From: a bacterium
Lineage (GTDB): Bacteria; UBA8248
Reading direction: 5' to 3'
DNA: 64,000 bases
Assembly: GCA_965221165.1 (NCBI GenBank)
Contig: CBDCRP010000003.1
Coordinates: 1,952,001-2,016,000 of the forward strand
The position numbers and the translations under genes were made by a program. Below, piece by piece: positions 39,207 through 49,189 of this stretch; within the stretch, counting starts at the first letter, position 1; each line of letters opens with the position of its first letter. The notes beneath the pieces were generated by a model. That model saw only the letters and a program-made list of their open reading frames with translations, did not search any database and was not told the DNA's origin.

Positions 39207-39938
39207 CTAGACCATGCCTTTCGGCGGAAGAACCACCATCGATTCCGTCCACGCCCTGCGAGACTGAGACAGCAAAAACTCAATGGATTCCGCCACCAGA
39301 TCCGGAGGAATCATCGCCTCAAAATCGAACTCGCCTGGAATGGATTTCCACATATCCGTTGCGCAAGCTCCAGGCCGGAGGATGGTGAGCCGTATTCCCT
39401 TGGGCCTCAATTCTTCCACCAATGCCCTGGATAATCCCTCCAGGCCAGCTTTAGCGGCGCAATAAGCCGATGCCCCCGGAAAACCCGACACAGCGCTAAT
39501 CGAAGATATATTGATGACCTCACCTTCCGCTGCTTCGAGCAGGGGACAAAGAACCCGCGTCAACATGAAAGGGGCGATGAGACACACCGAGACAGTGGAA
39601 TGAAATTCATCTACCGAGAGGTTTTCGATATCCTTGAAAACACCAGAACCCGCATTGTTTATCAGCGTATCCACACCCTCTAGCCGTTTTCCGGCCATTT
39701 CAGCGAGCGCTTCAACTTCATCGGCTTTCGTCACATCGCAACTGTGCGGGAAAATCTGTCCCACGCATCCTTTCGAATCAAAAGCCAGTCTCGCCAGGGC
39801 ATCGGCATCCCTCGAAACGGCAAGCACTTTCGCTCCCGCTTTTGCGAGACGAAGCGCGCTCGCACGGCCTATTCCCCGAGAAGCCCCTGTAAGGACGATT
39901 CGTCTCTTCTCCAAATTTCTGGGCTCACCGAATGCCAT
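39207..39938 (-). CDS. SDR family oxidoreductase
   Basis: TGASRGIG, NNAG, NISS, YCAAK. Confidence 0.9.
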   Translation of the reverse strand: MAFGEPRNLEKRRIVLTGASRGIGRASALRLAKAGAKVLAVSRDADALARLAFDSKGCVGQIFPHSCDVTKADEVEALAEMAGKRLEGVDTLINNAGSGVFKDIENLSVDEFHSTVSVCLIAPFMLTRVLCPLLEAAEGEVINISSISAVSGFPGASAYCAAKAGLEGLSRALVEELRPKGIRLTILRPGACATDMWKSIPGEFDFEAMIPPDLVAESIEFLLSQSRRAWTESMVVLPPKGMV

Positions 39939-40353
39939 CGGGACTTTCTCCATAATAATCCACGAAATTTCGCTCGTTCTCATATAAACGAACGCGAAAA
40001 AGAATCTCCGCATCTATATATTCAGCCAAACATTCCCAAATCGAAATCACAATGTTCTCTGCTGTGGGGATTCGATTTTTCATAAACCCCGCCGCATCTT
40101 CATTCAGATTCTTGTGATCTAGCGCTTCTACAACTTCTCGTTTCATAATCTTCTTCAGATCGCCGAGATTATAAGCCATTCCCGTTTCGGGGTTTACGGG
40201 GCTTCTCAAGGTCACTTCAAAAACATAATTATGCCCATGGAAGTGCGGATTGGCGCATTTTCCATACATGGCTTCATTGCGTTCATCACACCAGTCGGGT
40301 CGAAATAACCGGTGCGCCGCGGAGAATTCTTCTTGTCTTGTTATTTCAATCAT
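39925..40353 (-). CDS. 6-pyruvoyl/6-carboxy-tetrahydropterin synthase
   Basis: FSAAHRL, YGKCANPHFHGHNY, LDHKNLN, PTAEN, LYE. Confidence 0.92.
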   Translation of the reverse strand: MIEITRQEEFSAAHRLFRPDWCDERNEAMYGKCANPHFHGHNYVFEVTLRSPVNPETGMAYNLGDLKKIMKREVVEALDHKNLNEDAAGFMKNRIPTAENIVISIWECLAEYIDAEILFRVRLYENERNFVDYYGESPDGIR

Positions 40354-40359
40354 CTACCC

Positions 40360-41571
40360 TCAATCCTTCGCTGAAATCGGCTCGATGACGGAAACATCCG
40401 TTTCAATCATGTCCGCATATTTCAAGCCTGTGGCCGTATTAAATGTCACGATGCGCTCATCACGCCCGATGTCGCCTCGCTCAAGCAAAACTTCCAGGGC
40501 CGAAATACATGCCCCGCCTTCCGGGCAAATTAGAATCCCCTCAGAAGCGCCCATTCTACTTTGGGCTTCGAACATCATCTCATCCGAGACGGCAATCGCC
40601 GTGCCACCACTTTCCCGGATGGCCTGAAGACATAAGAAATCCGCCAGAACCTTTGGCGCGCACAATCCGGATACCACCGTCGTAGGGTTGTCCCATAAGG
40701 AGGAAACATCTTCTTTGTTCTTATACGCCCGCACGAGCGGGGCGCAACCTTCGGCCTGAACGCAAATCATGCGAGGTCTTTTTTCCCCTATCCAGCCCAA
40801 CCGCTCAAGCTCATCAAAGGCGCGCCACATCGCCACCAGTCCCGTCCCGCCACCGGTGGGATAGAGGATCACGTCTGGAACATCGCCGCCGAATTGCTCA
40901 ACGAGTTCGTAGGCCATCGTTTTTTTACCTTCAGCTCGATATGGCTCCTTGAAAGTGGATAATTCGAACCAACCTTCCGCCGGTGTTTTTTCCGCCACAA
41001 TTTCCGCACAGTGATGGATATAGCCATTTACAACGGTCACATCGGCCCCCGCTAGAGCGCATTCCACCTTATGCACGCTTGGCGCTTTTTCCGGCACATA
41101 AACGAACGCCTTGATTCCCGCTCGTGAGGCGTAAGCCGCCGCCGCGCCACCCGCGTTCCCAGCTGTCGGAATGGCGATTTTTTTTGCTCCCAGATACCGC
41201 GCCATCGTGATTGCGACAGACAATCCTCTCGACTTGAAACTTCCCGTAGGGTTCAAGCCCTCATCTTTCACCAGCAGGTTTGAAAATCCCAAAACCTTCT
41301 TAAGACGAGGGACCTCCAATAGGGGCGTCATGCCCTCGCCGAGCGTAACGATGGAGCTTTCGTCGGGGGCCGGGAGCATTTCATGATAGCGCCACATGGA
41401 ATGGGCGCGGCTCGCCATATTCCTGATGTTCAAAGTCCGCGCGGCGGCTTCGGTGTCATATCGCGCCAGTAACGGAGCACCGGAGGGGCTTAAATTCATC
41501 AAGCCGCCGGGCTCGAATTGTTCTCCTGTTTTTGAACATTCAAGACCTATGAACGCGGAATAAGAATTCAT
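40360..41571 (-). CDS. thrC: Threonine synthase family PLP enzyme
   Basis: LGEGMTPL, NPTGSFKSRG, GNAG, EGKKT, PTGGG, PEG. Confidence 0.85.
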   Translation of the reverse strand: MNSYSAFIGLECSKTGEQFEPGGLMNLSPSGAPLLARYDTEAAARTLNIRNMASRAHSMWRYHEMLPAPDESSIVTLGEGMTPLLEVPRLKKVLGFSNLLVKDEGLNPTGSFKSRGLSVAITMARYLGAKKIAIPTAGNAGGAAAAYASRAGIKAFVYVPEKAPSVHKVECALAGADVTVVNGYIHHCAEIVAEKTPAEGWFELSTFKEPYRAEGKKTMAYELVEQFGGDVPDVILYPTGGGTGLVAMWRAFDELERLGWIGEKRPRMICVQAEGCAPLVRAYKNKEDVSSLWDNPTTVVSGLCAPKVLADFLCLQAIRESGGTAIAVSDEMMFEAQSRMGASEGILICPEGGACISALEVLLERGDIGRDERIVTFNTATGLKYADMIETDVSVIEPISAKD

Positions 41572-41692
41572 CTCATAAATCCATTCATGAGGTTTTGTTT
41601 CTCGATATTGTTGCATCCAAGGTACTTTGGTACTTTCTCATTAATTTTCATCACGATATCGTCATAATCGCTGCCCCCGCAAGGAGAAAAAG

Positions 41693-42571
41693 ATGGCACG
41701 CAAAGCAAAGGCACTGCCAGGCCCAGCAAACACCCGAGGATTCGTTCAAATCGCAGAGGGTATACATGTATTTGTTGGAGGAGACGGCGCGACGAACTTC
41801 GGCCTCGTGCTTACGGACGAAAAACCCGTTATCGTCGATAACGACATTCGTATAAGAAAAGCTTTTATCTCCGGAATGAAAGAGATCACCCGAAAATCAC
41901 CTGGTTTGGTACTCAATACCCACCATAATTTCGATCACACCTCCGACAATGGCTATTATCATAAACGAGGGGCCGTTTCCGTTGGTGAAGAAAACATACG
42001 CCTGGAGATGGAACGAGAGGAAAACGCAGGCATCTGGGTAAAGCAAATGGCGGGCAGGCCGCAAAAAGTGGAACACCTGATTGGCAAACTCCACATAGCG
42101 CCTCCTATGGTGACATTCGAAGGTGAAATTTCCATTCGTTACGGAGGGAGACTATTCGAGATGATTCATATAGGCCATTGCCACACCAAGGGAGACGCCG
42201 TTGTGTGGATGCCAGAGGAGAGAATTCTATTTACAGGAGATCTGCTCGACTACCGAACCCACCCGGTGGCAAGGCTAGGAAATTTTACCAACTGGATAGA
42301 TGCGATTCCCAAACTAAAGAAGTTTCCCGCCAAGTTCCTCGTCCCCGGCCATGGGCCTATTCCCACTCAACCCGCCTCAAGTGTATGGAATGAATTCAGG
42401 GGATATATGACAAAATTGCGCTCTCGCACCGCCGCCGCCTTGAAAAAACACCGAACACCGACGAAGGCGGTCCCGCACGTTCACATGGATGAATATCGCA
42501 ATTGGCTTCGGTCGAACCTTGTTCCGCAAAACGCGATGTTAATGGCCAAGGAATTAAGAAAAAAAAGGTGA
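41693..42571 (+). CDS. Metallo-beta-lactamase fold hydrolase (cyclase-like)
   Basis: NTHHNFDH, HTKGD, TGD, PGHG. Confidence 0.88.
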   Translation: MARKAKALPGPANTRGFVQIAEGIHVFVGGDGATNFGLVLTDEKPVIVDNDIRIRKAFISGMKEITRKSPGLVLNTHHNFDHTSDNGYYHKRGAVSVGEENIRLEMEREENAGIWVKQMAGRPQKVEHLIGKLHIAPPMVTFEGEISIRYGGRLFEMIHIGHCHTKGDAVVWMPEERILFTGDLLDYRTHPVARLGNFTNWIDAIPKLKKFPAKFLVPGHGPIPTQPASSVWNEFRGYMTKLRSRTAAALKKHRTPTKAVPHVHMDEYRNWLRSNLVPQNAMLMAKELRKKR

Positions 42572-42576
42572 AAATT

Positions 42577-43227
42577 TCACACCCACTCGATTGGCGGTGC
42601 TTCTCCCTGGAAATACCCGGGGGGGACATTCCCTCGCACTCGACGGGTGATCAAGCGCTTTTTCGTCAATGAAAAACGACTTTCCACTTCGGCCGATGAA
42701 GACCACGGCTCTTCATCATGAAAACCACCCACCCGAATTTCTCCTTCTACAATCAAGACGCCATTCTCTACCCGGGGGGTATTTCGCACTACTCCTGATT
42801 TTTCATCCCAAAATTGCACGGTGCCATCTCTTGCGCCGAAAGCATAAACAGAACCTCCTCGCTTCCAATCCACTGTTGCAAACGGCCCTCCTTTTTCTTC
42901 TCTCCTCATTTCCGCCCTGCTCGTACCCACGATATACAAATCCTGCCAGATGAGAGGAGGCGCTATCACCCAGCCCGCCGTGTTCTCCACTCGCCAGCGA
43001 AAATTACCGCTTTCTCGATCCACCGCAAAAAAATGGCCCTTTTCCTGGTCATTCAGAACAGCGAAAATTCCCTTTTCATCCGTGGCATACAGCGAAGTAT
43101 GAACTCCCAAGCGCTCAAGAAGCTCATCGGGTGGAATCATCACGCAACCTACCTCTCCATGAGTGCCCATCAATAAAAGCCAATTAGTAACATTCAGCCT
43201 TAGGATACTCCATGTCGCAGGCGTCAT
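42577..43227 (-). CDS. Hypothetical protein with PQQ-like beta-propeller repeats
   Basis: FFAVDRESGNFRW, VYAFGARDGTVQF; start uncertain. Confidence 0.55.
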   Translation of the reverse strand: MTPATWSILRLNVTNWLLLMGTHGEVGCVMIPPDELLERLGVHTSLYATDEKGIFAVLNDQEKGHFFAVDRESGNFRWRVENTAGWVIAPPLIWQDLYIVGTSRAEMRREEKGGPFATVDWKRGGSVYAFGARDGTVQFWDEKSGVVRNTPRVENGVLIVEGEIRVGGFHDEEPWSSSAEVESRFSLTKKRLITRRVRGNVPPGYFQGEAPPIEWV

Positions 43228-43357
43228 TCACCTCTCGTTCGCCAAGTACCAGAAATAAGTCGCTGCTAATTAAGGTCGTGCGTCATAATTATTTTTGATA
43301 AGCTTGAGTGAAAGAAAACTGTAGAAAATAAGCATTCCATTGAAAAGGAGATTTCAC

Positions 43358-43930
43358 ATGGCCGTCGTCACTATTTCACGTCAATACGGAACCGGTGGAA
43401 TTTTCATTGCGCACAAGCTTGCGGAAAAATTGAACTATAGTTTTCTGGGACGCGATGAACTCGTCGAAGTTTGCAACCAACGAGGTTTGAACTTGGATTT
43501 AGAGAAAATCGAAGGACGCGCCCCAACAATCTTGGAGCGTACTTTCGGCGTGAGACGAGACAGCTTACGAGATGTTTTGTCTGAAACCATGTATGAAGCG
43601 GCGGATAAAGGGAACGTCGTTATCGGCGGGTGGGGAGGACAAGTACTCCTCAAGGATCGATCCGACGCCCTCCATCTGCGGATCGTCGGCAGCGTGGAAG
43701 CCCGTATCCGGCACTTCATGGAATCATCAGGCGTAACGAGAACAGCCGCAGAAGAAACTATCAAGAGATCCGACCGGGATCAAGGTTTGTTTTCCCAGTA
43801 TTTTTTTCATATCGATTTCGCCGACTCAACTCTTTATCACGGCACATTGAACATCGAGCAAACATCGCCCGACGGCATGATCTCCATCATCGAATCAATG
43901 ATTGAAGAAAAAGAAAAGGCGGCTTCATGA
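43358..43930 (+). CDS. Cytidylate kinase-like family protein
   Basis: VTISRQYGTGG, VVIGGWGG, SDRD; AAGGAG RBS. Confidence 0.85.
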   Translation: MAVVTISRQYGTGGIFIAHKLAEKLNYSFLGRDELVEVCNQRGLNLDLEKIEGRAPTILERTFGVRRDSLRDVLSETMYEAADKGNVVIGGWGGQVLLKDRSDALHLRIVGSVEARIRHFMESSGVTRTAAEETIKRSDRDQGLFSQYFFHIDFADSTLYHGTLNIEQTSPDGMISIIESMIEEKEKAAS

Positions 43931-44202
43931 TCAGGAACGAGAGATCGAATTTCCGTGTCATATCCTGCCTACTAGATTTTGAGCTTATAAGCCCCGCCTC
44001 GTCGTGCACTTTTGGTACAGGAAAAGTGGTTTCAAAGCGCGTGAAATTTTAGAGGAGGGGTTTTCATTTGAAACAATGGAGACAGGCCGCCACCCCAGTT
44101 CATCCATGAGAACATTCCTCGAAAAAATGCCGCTGCGAAAAGATGTCTTCACCTCAATACAACCTTGAGATGCGCCGGTTTCGTGACAACCGTCTGGAAA
44201 AA

Positions 44203-45438
44203 TCAACCTTTTCTTCTCTTTGCTTGAGAGGATGCCGCCGCCACGGCAATAAGTGACAACACCTGAACAGCCAACACCAGAATAAACGCCCAATAATAGC
44301 TTCTCCATAAATCAAAAAAGTATCCTGCAAGCCAAGGTCCTACGGCTGAGGCCAATCCTCCTCCCATTTGGCTGAACCCCAGGATTCGACCAAAGTTTTT
44401 GCCAGCAAAAATGTCCGCCTTGATCGATACGAAAATAGCGCCACGAGCCCCGGCACCGATGCCATACACCAAAACATAAGCATATCCCAGCCAAACACGG
44501 TGTTCAGATAAATTCATCAACAAAAAAACGCCCGACATGGCAATTACGCTGAGCAGATAAAAAGTTCGGGTTCGTCCAATTCTGTCCCCCACCCAGCCAC
44601 CCAAAATACCTCCCAAGGCCCTGATTACGGCCAGACCTCCAATGAGAGAGGCGGCTTTCATCGTGCTCATTCCCACATCAACCATGTGCGCAGCCTGATG
44701 TACGCCGACCACGCTGAAACCAACACCATTAAATATTCCCGCCAGAAACAAAAGCCAAAAAACCGAATCGGATAAGGCTTCTTTCAATGTCCAATTCGAC
44801 CCGAGGTCGTCTCCTCTTCTTAGTTCCGTTACATCGGCGCGGCGGCGATGTAAGAACACATTCAAGGGAACCAATAAAACGATGATGCCAATAGCCAACA
44901 AAACATAGGCCGCGCGCCATCCAAAAGTCGCGATTAGATAAGCGGAAACCGGAACCATGACAATGCCGCCACAACTCCTTCCCGATAAAGATATCCCCAT
45001 CGCCACGGAGCGGCGTCGCACAAACCATTGACTAACGACGGTGCTTGTAGGAATAAACCCAAACATAGTAACGCCTAGGGCGACGATGCCTCCATAGAAA
45101 AAATATAAGGTGGGTAAGCTGGAAACCATTGACATCAAAACAAGGCCGGTGCCTAGAATCGTGATTCCCGTGGGAATGATCACCCGCGGTCCCCAACGGT
45201 CCACCATTGCCCCAATAAAGCCGGCGGAAATCGCAAACGTGGCCATTGAAAAAGAAAATGCTAAGGCAGTGTCCGCCCGAGACCACCCAAATTCATCAAG
45301 AAAAGCCACATAAAAAACAGGAAAAGTTCCGACGATAGAACCGCCAATAGCCATGGTGAAAAAGGTGAGGCCAACTATCACCCAGCCATAATAGCGACCT
45401 GTATTCTCACTGGCCTTCTCTGAAAAATAGGGCACCAT
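44203..45438 (-). CDS. MFS transporter (OFA/MCT-like)
   Basis: YYGWVIV, GAMVDRWGPR, QWFVRRR, GDRIGR; about 12 TM helices. Confidence 0.9.
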   Translation of the reverse strand: MVPYFSEKASENTGRYYGWVIVGLTFFTMAIGGSIVGTFPVFYVAFLDEFGWSRADTALAFSFSMATFAISAGFIGAMVDRWGPRVIIPTGITILGTGLVLMSMVSSLPTLYFFYGGIVALGVTMFGFIPTSTVVSQWFVRRRSVAMGISLSGRSCGGIVMVPVSAYLIATFGWRAAYVLLAIGIIVLLVPLNVFLHRRRADVTELRRGDDLGSNWTLKEALSDSVFWLLFLAGIFNGVGFSVVGVHQAAHMVDVGMSTMKAASLIGGLAVIRALGGILGGWVGDRIGRTRTFYLLSVIAMSGVFLLMNLSEHRVWLGYAYVLVYGIGAGARGAIFVSIKADIFAGKNFGRILGFSQMGGGLASAVGPWLAGYFFDLWRSYYWAFILVLAVQVLSLIAVAAASSQAKRRKG

Positions 45439-45576
45439 TTCGCTGAATTCGCAACGGAAAAATACGGGCGCTCTCGTCAAGGAGGCGCCCCAGAAAAGAT
45501 GATTCGCGAAATATTTCCATTTTCGAGGAAACTTACTACAGAAAATCAAAACCTTTGAACAAAACCCAATGAATGT

Positions 45577-46734
45577 TTAGACACGCATCGGCATTACAAC
45601 ATATGTATACCCACCCGAGTCTTTGGGGGAAATCACACCAGGGCTCAGCGAATCTTTTAGCTCCATGCTGATTTGCTCTTCTTCCAATATGGAGAGCGCA
45701 TCGAGGCAATACCTAGAATTAAATCCAATCGTAATATCAGTCTGCGCGTTCGATTCGATGGTTTCCTCGGCCTCTCCCGCCTCTGATCCGTTCGTCGTCA
45801 ATTTCAACTGACCCCGGGAAAACTCGAACTTCACCATGCGTGTTTCATTCGTGAAAAGAGAGACTCGCCTGAGCGCTTGCGTTAAACTCTCCCGATTCAT
45901 CAAAATCGAATGCTCATTGTTATCTGGAATCACTTGCCTGTATTTCGGGAACTCGCCATCTATCAACCGAGCCGATAATGCAATATTCTCCATTTGAAAA
46001 ATAATGTGGTTTGGAGTGAGGGAAGCGGACGCTTCGCCTCCTGAAAGAGATAAACCCTGACCGCTTGGAACGTGGGTAAGAGAAACGGATACTTCACCCT
46101 CAACGCCTTGTAAGAGTTTTACGAGTTCTCCCAAAGCTTTTTTGTGGACAATGACTCCCTCATCAAGCACTAACCCTTCACTCGCGCGCTCAATCATTGC
46201 CAATCGATGGCCATCCGTGGCGACGAGGCGCAGCGTGTCGGCTTCGGTTTCCATGAAAACGCCATTGTAAGTGTAGCGCGTCTCATCCTGGGATATCGCA
46301 AACATCGTCTTGCGAATCATTTCGGATAAAACCGAAGCTGAAATCGTATGCATTTTCGATTCTTTTGACTCCGGAAGTGCAGGAAACTCTGAGGGCGGCA
46401 ACCCCGGGAAACGAAATTTCGAGCGCTCGCAGCGCATTTCAATCCATTGCCCATCTTCTTCTGTGAAACGAACCTCAGCTTCGGGAAGCTCCCGAACAAT
46501 ATCAAACAATTTCCTTGCATTCAGCGTTACACTGCCTGTTTTCTCTACTTCGGCCTCGAACATTCCCCGCATACTTATATCAAGATTCGTGCCCAACAAG
46601 CGGATATTATTTTTGCCTTCTGTCTCGACAAGCACGTTTTGCAGTATTGGCATTGCGCTGCTTCTGTTTTCGACAACACCTTGTATCGTCTGAAGGGCTT
46701 TGAGCAACGTATCCCTTGAAATGGCTAACTCCAC
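45577..46734 (-). CDS. dnaN: DNA polymerase III beta clamp
   Basis: PILQN, LVATDGHRLA, RLIDGEFP, GFN, VVMPMR; GTG start after AAGGAG. Confidence 0.96.
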   Translation of the reverse strand: MELAISRDTLLKALQTIQGVVENRSSAMPILQNVLVETEGKNNIRLLGTNLDISMRGMFEAEVEKTGSVTLNARKLFDIVRELPEAEVRFTEEDGQWIEMRCERSKFRFPGLPPSEFPALPESKESKMHTISASVLSEMIRKTMFAISQDETRYTYNGVFMETEADTLRLVATDGHRLAMIERASEGLVLDEGVIVHKKALGELVKLLQGVEGEVSVSLTHVPSGQGLSLSGGEASASLTPNHIIFQMENIALSARLIDGEFPKYRQVIPDNNEHSILMNRESLTQALRRVSLFTNETRMVKFEFSRGQLKLTTNGSEAGEAEETIESNAQTDITIGFNSRYCLDALSILEEEQISMELKDSLSPGVISPKDSGGYTYVVMPMRV

Positions 46735-47077
46735 AATACCGACTCCTTGTAATGGAACAGGACTTAATGAATCATCGACAGCATCAACCCGTGCTTTAGG
46801 GTTTGATAATAACAAATTCTAGGATATTCAGGGTCTTACTTTCCATATAAACCAAAGATGCGCACGGGGCAAGGGGATAAGTTTTTTGAAACAGATACTT
46901 CGATTGTTCTGTGAAGGTTGATCACATGAAAATTTATTACACCTCTCTGCTCGTCTCCAGAGGAACTTTCACCTCGGTTCAAACACTGAAGCAGTGCAAC
47001 AATTCTTGAATCATTCATTCGAAATGGTAATATGAAAACCTTGTTTATGCGGAGGCTCTCCAACTAATCTCTATATT

Positions 47078-47830
47078 ATGAATAAATCGAACTCCAAGCA
47101 TTCCCTACTACACATTTACGCACATCCGGATGATGAATCTTTTGGAAACCCAGTCACATTCACATTCTACGCAAACCAAGGCGTGCGAATGGGCCTCCTT
47201 ACCCTCACACGAGGAGAAGCAGGTCTTACAAACGGCGTATGCAAGCCTGATGAGTTAGGCGATGTCCGGGAAGAGGAACTGAAAAACGCCTGCCAGGTAC
47301 TTGGCGTTGAAAACATGACGCTCTGGAACTACCCAGATGGCGGATTGAAATCCATCGAAGATGCAGAAGTCCTGCCCCACATCGAAAAATTTATCCGAAA
47401 CTTTTCCCCCGATGTGGTCGTAACGTATGGCGAAGACGGCGTTACAGGACATCCTGATCATATTGCCGTCGGCCGCTGGGTCACAAAGGTTTTCCATCGG
47501 CTTGTCAGAGAAAATCCAAATTCCGCCCCCAAACGCCTGTACCACCGAATATCGCCAGAGAAAAGACGTACTCTTTATAACCGCTCCGACCTTATTTATC
47601 GAGATGACTACACAACCATTGTCGATGGACGGAACTTTCCACATGTGAGATTAAAAGCGCAAGCATGCCATCGCTCCCAAAAGCAAATTACGGATTACAC
47701 TCAACCAAAAATGTTTGAAGTAGGATTGGTAGATTATTATTTCAGGCATTACCCTGCTTGGTGTGGAGGACCCCTGGAGGCTGATCTGTTCGGTGAGTCC
47801 TACCATGCCGATGAAACCAAATTGCCCTGA
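47078..47830 (+). CDS. PIG-L family deacetylase (MshB/BshB-like)
   Basis: AHPDDES, TRGEAG, REEEL, GHPDH, HRSQ. Confidence 0.9.
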   Translation: MNKSNSKHSLLHIYAHPDDESFGNPVTFTFYANQGVRMGLLTLTRGEAGLTNGVCKPDELGDVREEELKNACQVLGVENMTLWNYPDGGLKSIEDAEVLPHIEKFIRNFSPDVVVTYGEDGVTGHPDHIAVGRWVTKVFHRLVRENPNSAPKRLYHRISPEKRRTLYNRSDLIYRDDYTTIVDGRNFPHVRLKAQACHRSQKQITDYTQPKMFEVGLVDYYFRHYPAWCGGPLEADLFGESYHADETKLP

Positions 47831-47831
47831 A

Positions 47832-48476
47832 CTACACCACCCTGCCATACGCGAGTCGCACATTTTTTACTGAAAGAGAATTTGCCCACTCTGGTATATG
47901 AGTGCTCACAACCAAAGTGATTCCAGAGACAGCTAAATTTTCAATCAGCTCGACAATTAGTTTGCTATTTTCTTCGTCTATATGGGAAATGGGCTCATCT
48001 AAAAGAAGGGTCTCCGCTCCCGCCGCTAACACTCTGGCAATTGCTACACGTTTTTTCTCTCCCCCGGAGAGTTTGGCGGCATCTCGATAAATCAAACTTT
48101 CGCATCGCGTCTTGAGGATGGCTTCCTCAGCCTTTTCGTTGGCCTGCGATACATTTATCCCGCGCGCGCGGGCTCCGTAGGAAACATTCAAAAGAACATT
48201 TCCTTGGAAAAGATATGGCTCCTGGGCGAGAAGCGTGACTTTTCTTCTGTGTTTGAGGCCTGACTTGCCGAAAATAACAGATTCACCCTTATAGTTGATG
48301 ATGCCATCCTCAGGCTTAAGTAAGCCCGCCATTACGCGCATCAGAGTTGTTTTCCCGGAACCGTTCGCTCCGGTGAGCAGCGTCACTGCACCAGCTGGCA
48401 CCTCCATCCTCTCAATGTCCAAGACTAAATCTGACTCAAATCGAAATTTCACGTTTTCCAGAAAAAACACTTCCAT
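47832..48476 (-). CDS. tupC: Tungstate ABC transporter ATPase
   Basis: GANGSGKTT, LSGGE, LLDEP; follows tupAB. Confidence 0.82.
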   Translation of the reverse strand: MEVFFLENVKFRFESDLVLDIERMEVPAGAVTLLTGANGSGKTTLMRVMAGLLKPEDGIINYKGESVIFGKSGLKHRRKVTLLAQEPYLFQGNVLLNVSYGARARGINVSQANEKAEEAILKTRCESLIYRDAAKLSGGEKKRVAIARVLAAGAETLLLDEPISHIDEENSKLIVELIENLAVSGITLVVSTHIPEWANSLSVKNVRLAYGRVV

Positions 48477-48477
48477 T

Positions 48478-49164
48478 TCAAGACCTTTGGATATAGCGAG
48501 AAAGCAGATTCGTCACGAAAATAATCGCCAAGAGCACAACGCCCAACGCGATCCCGAAACCAAATTCTCCTTTCATGCTCTCAAGCGCAATAGCCGTGGT
48601 CAGGGTTCGAGTATATCCTTCTATGTTCCCTCCTAGCATCATGGCGATCCCTACTTCCGAAGATACGCGACCAAATGCCGCCAACACCGCCGCCACCATC
48701 CCGAAGCGGGCTTCACGCAGCACCGTCCAAGCCACAAGCCCATTGGATGCGCCCAAGGTGAGTGCTGTTTCCCGAACCCTTTCATCAACCGATGCGACAG
48801 ATGTCATGGAGAATACTGCTACGAGTGGAATCGCCAGCACGACCAACCCGATGACAATGGCCGAAGGAGTGAACAGCAAGTCGGCAAATCCCAAGGGCCC
48901 TCGCCTGGAGATGAAACCATATACGAGCAACCCGATGACGACAGTTGGGAAGCCAAGTGATGTTTGAAGCGTCGTGACGGCTAAACCGCGCCCTCGAGAA
49001 CGGCTCGTCCCCAACAAAAAGCCAACGGGCAAGCCAATGAGAGACGCGAGAACCGTAGCCCAAAAACCTACCTTGACAGTTACCCAAGCAGCGCGCATTA
49101 CTTGAGGGTCTGCCCTAAGCACCCGCATCAATCCATCGGTAAACCCATCGAGTAAATATTCCAA
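48478..49164 (-). CDS. tupB: Tungstate ABC transporter permease
   Basis: PTVVIGL, SRRGPLG, EVGIAMMLGGNI, TRTLTTAI. Confidence 0.9.
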   Translation of the reverse strand: MEYLLDGFTDGLMRVLRADPQVMRAAWVTVKVGFWATVLASLIGLPVGFLLGTSRSRGRGLAVTTLQTSLGFPTVVIGLLVYGFISRRGPLGFADLLFTPSAIVIGLVVLAIPLVAVFSMTSVASVDERVRETALTLGASNGLVAWTVLREARFGMVAAVLAAFGRVSSEVGIAMMLGGNIEGYTRTLTTAIALESMKGEFGFGIALGVVLLAIIFVTNLLSRYIQRS

Positions 49165-49189
49165 AACGCTTATCCTCTACGGAAAGTCA

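Noticed and set aside
46735-47077. Possible oriC upstream of dnaN
   Set aside because: AT-rich, but only mismatched DnaA-box-like words, no dnaA and no skew switch obvious by eye
47058-47090. dif-like TAA..TATATTATGAATAAAT
   Set aside because: Spacer and XerC arm do not fit the consensus; overlaps a start codon
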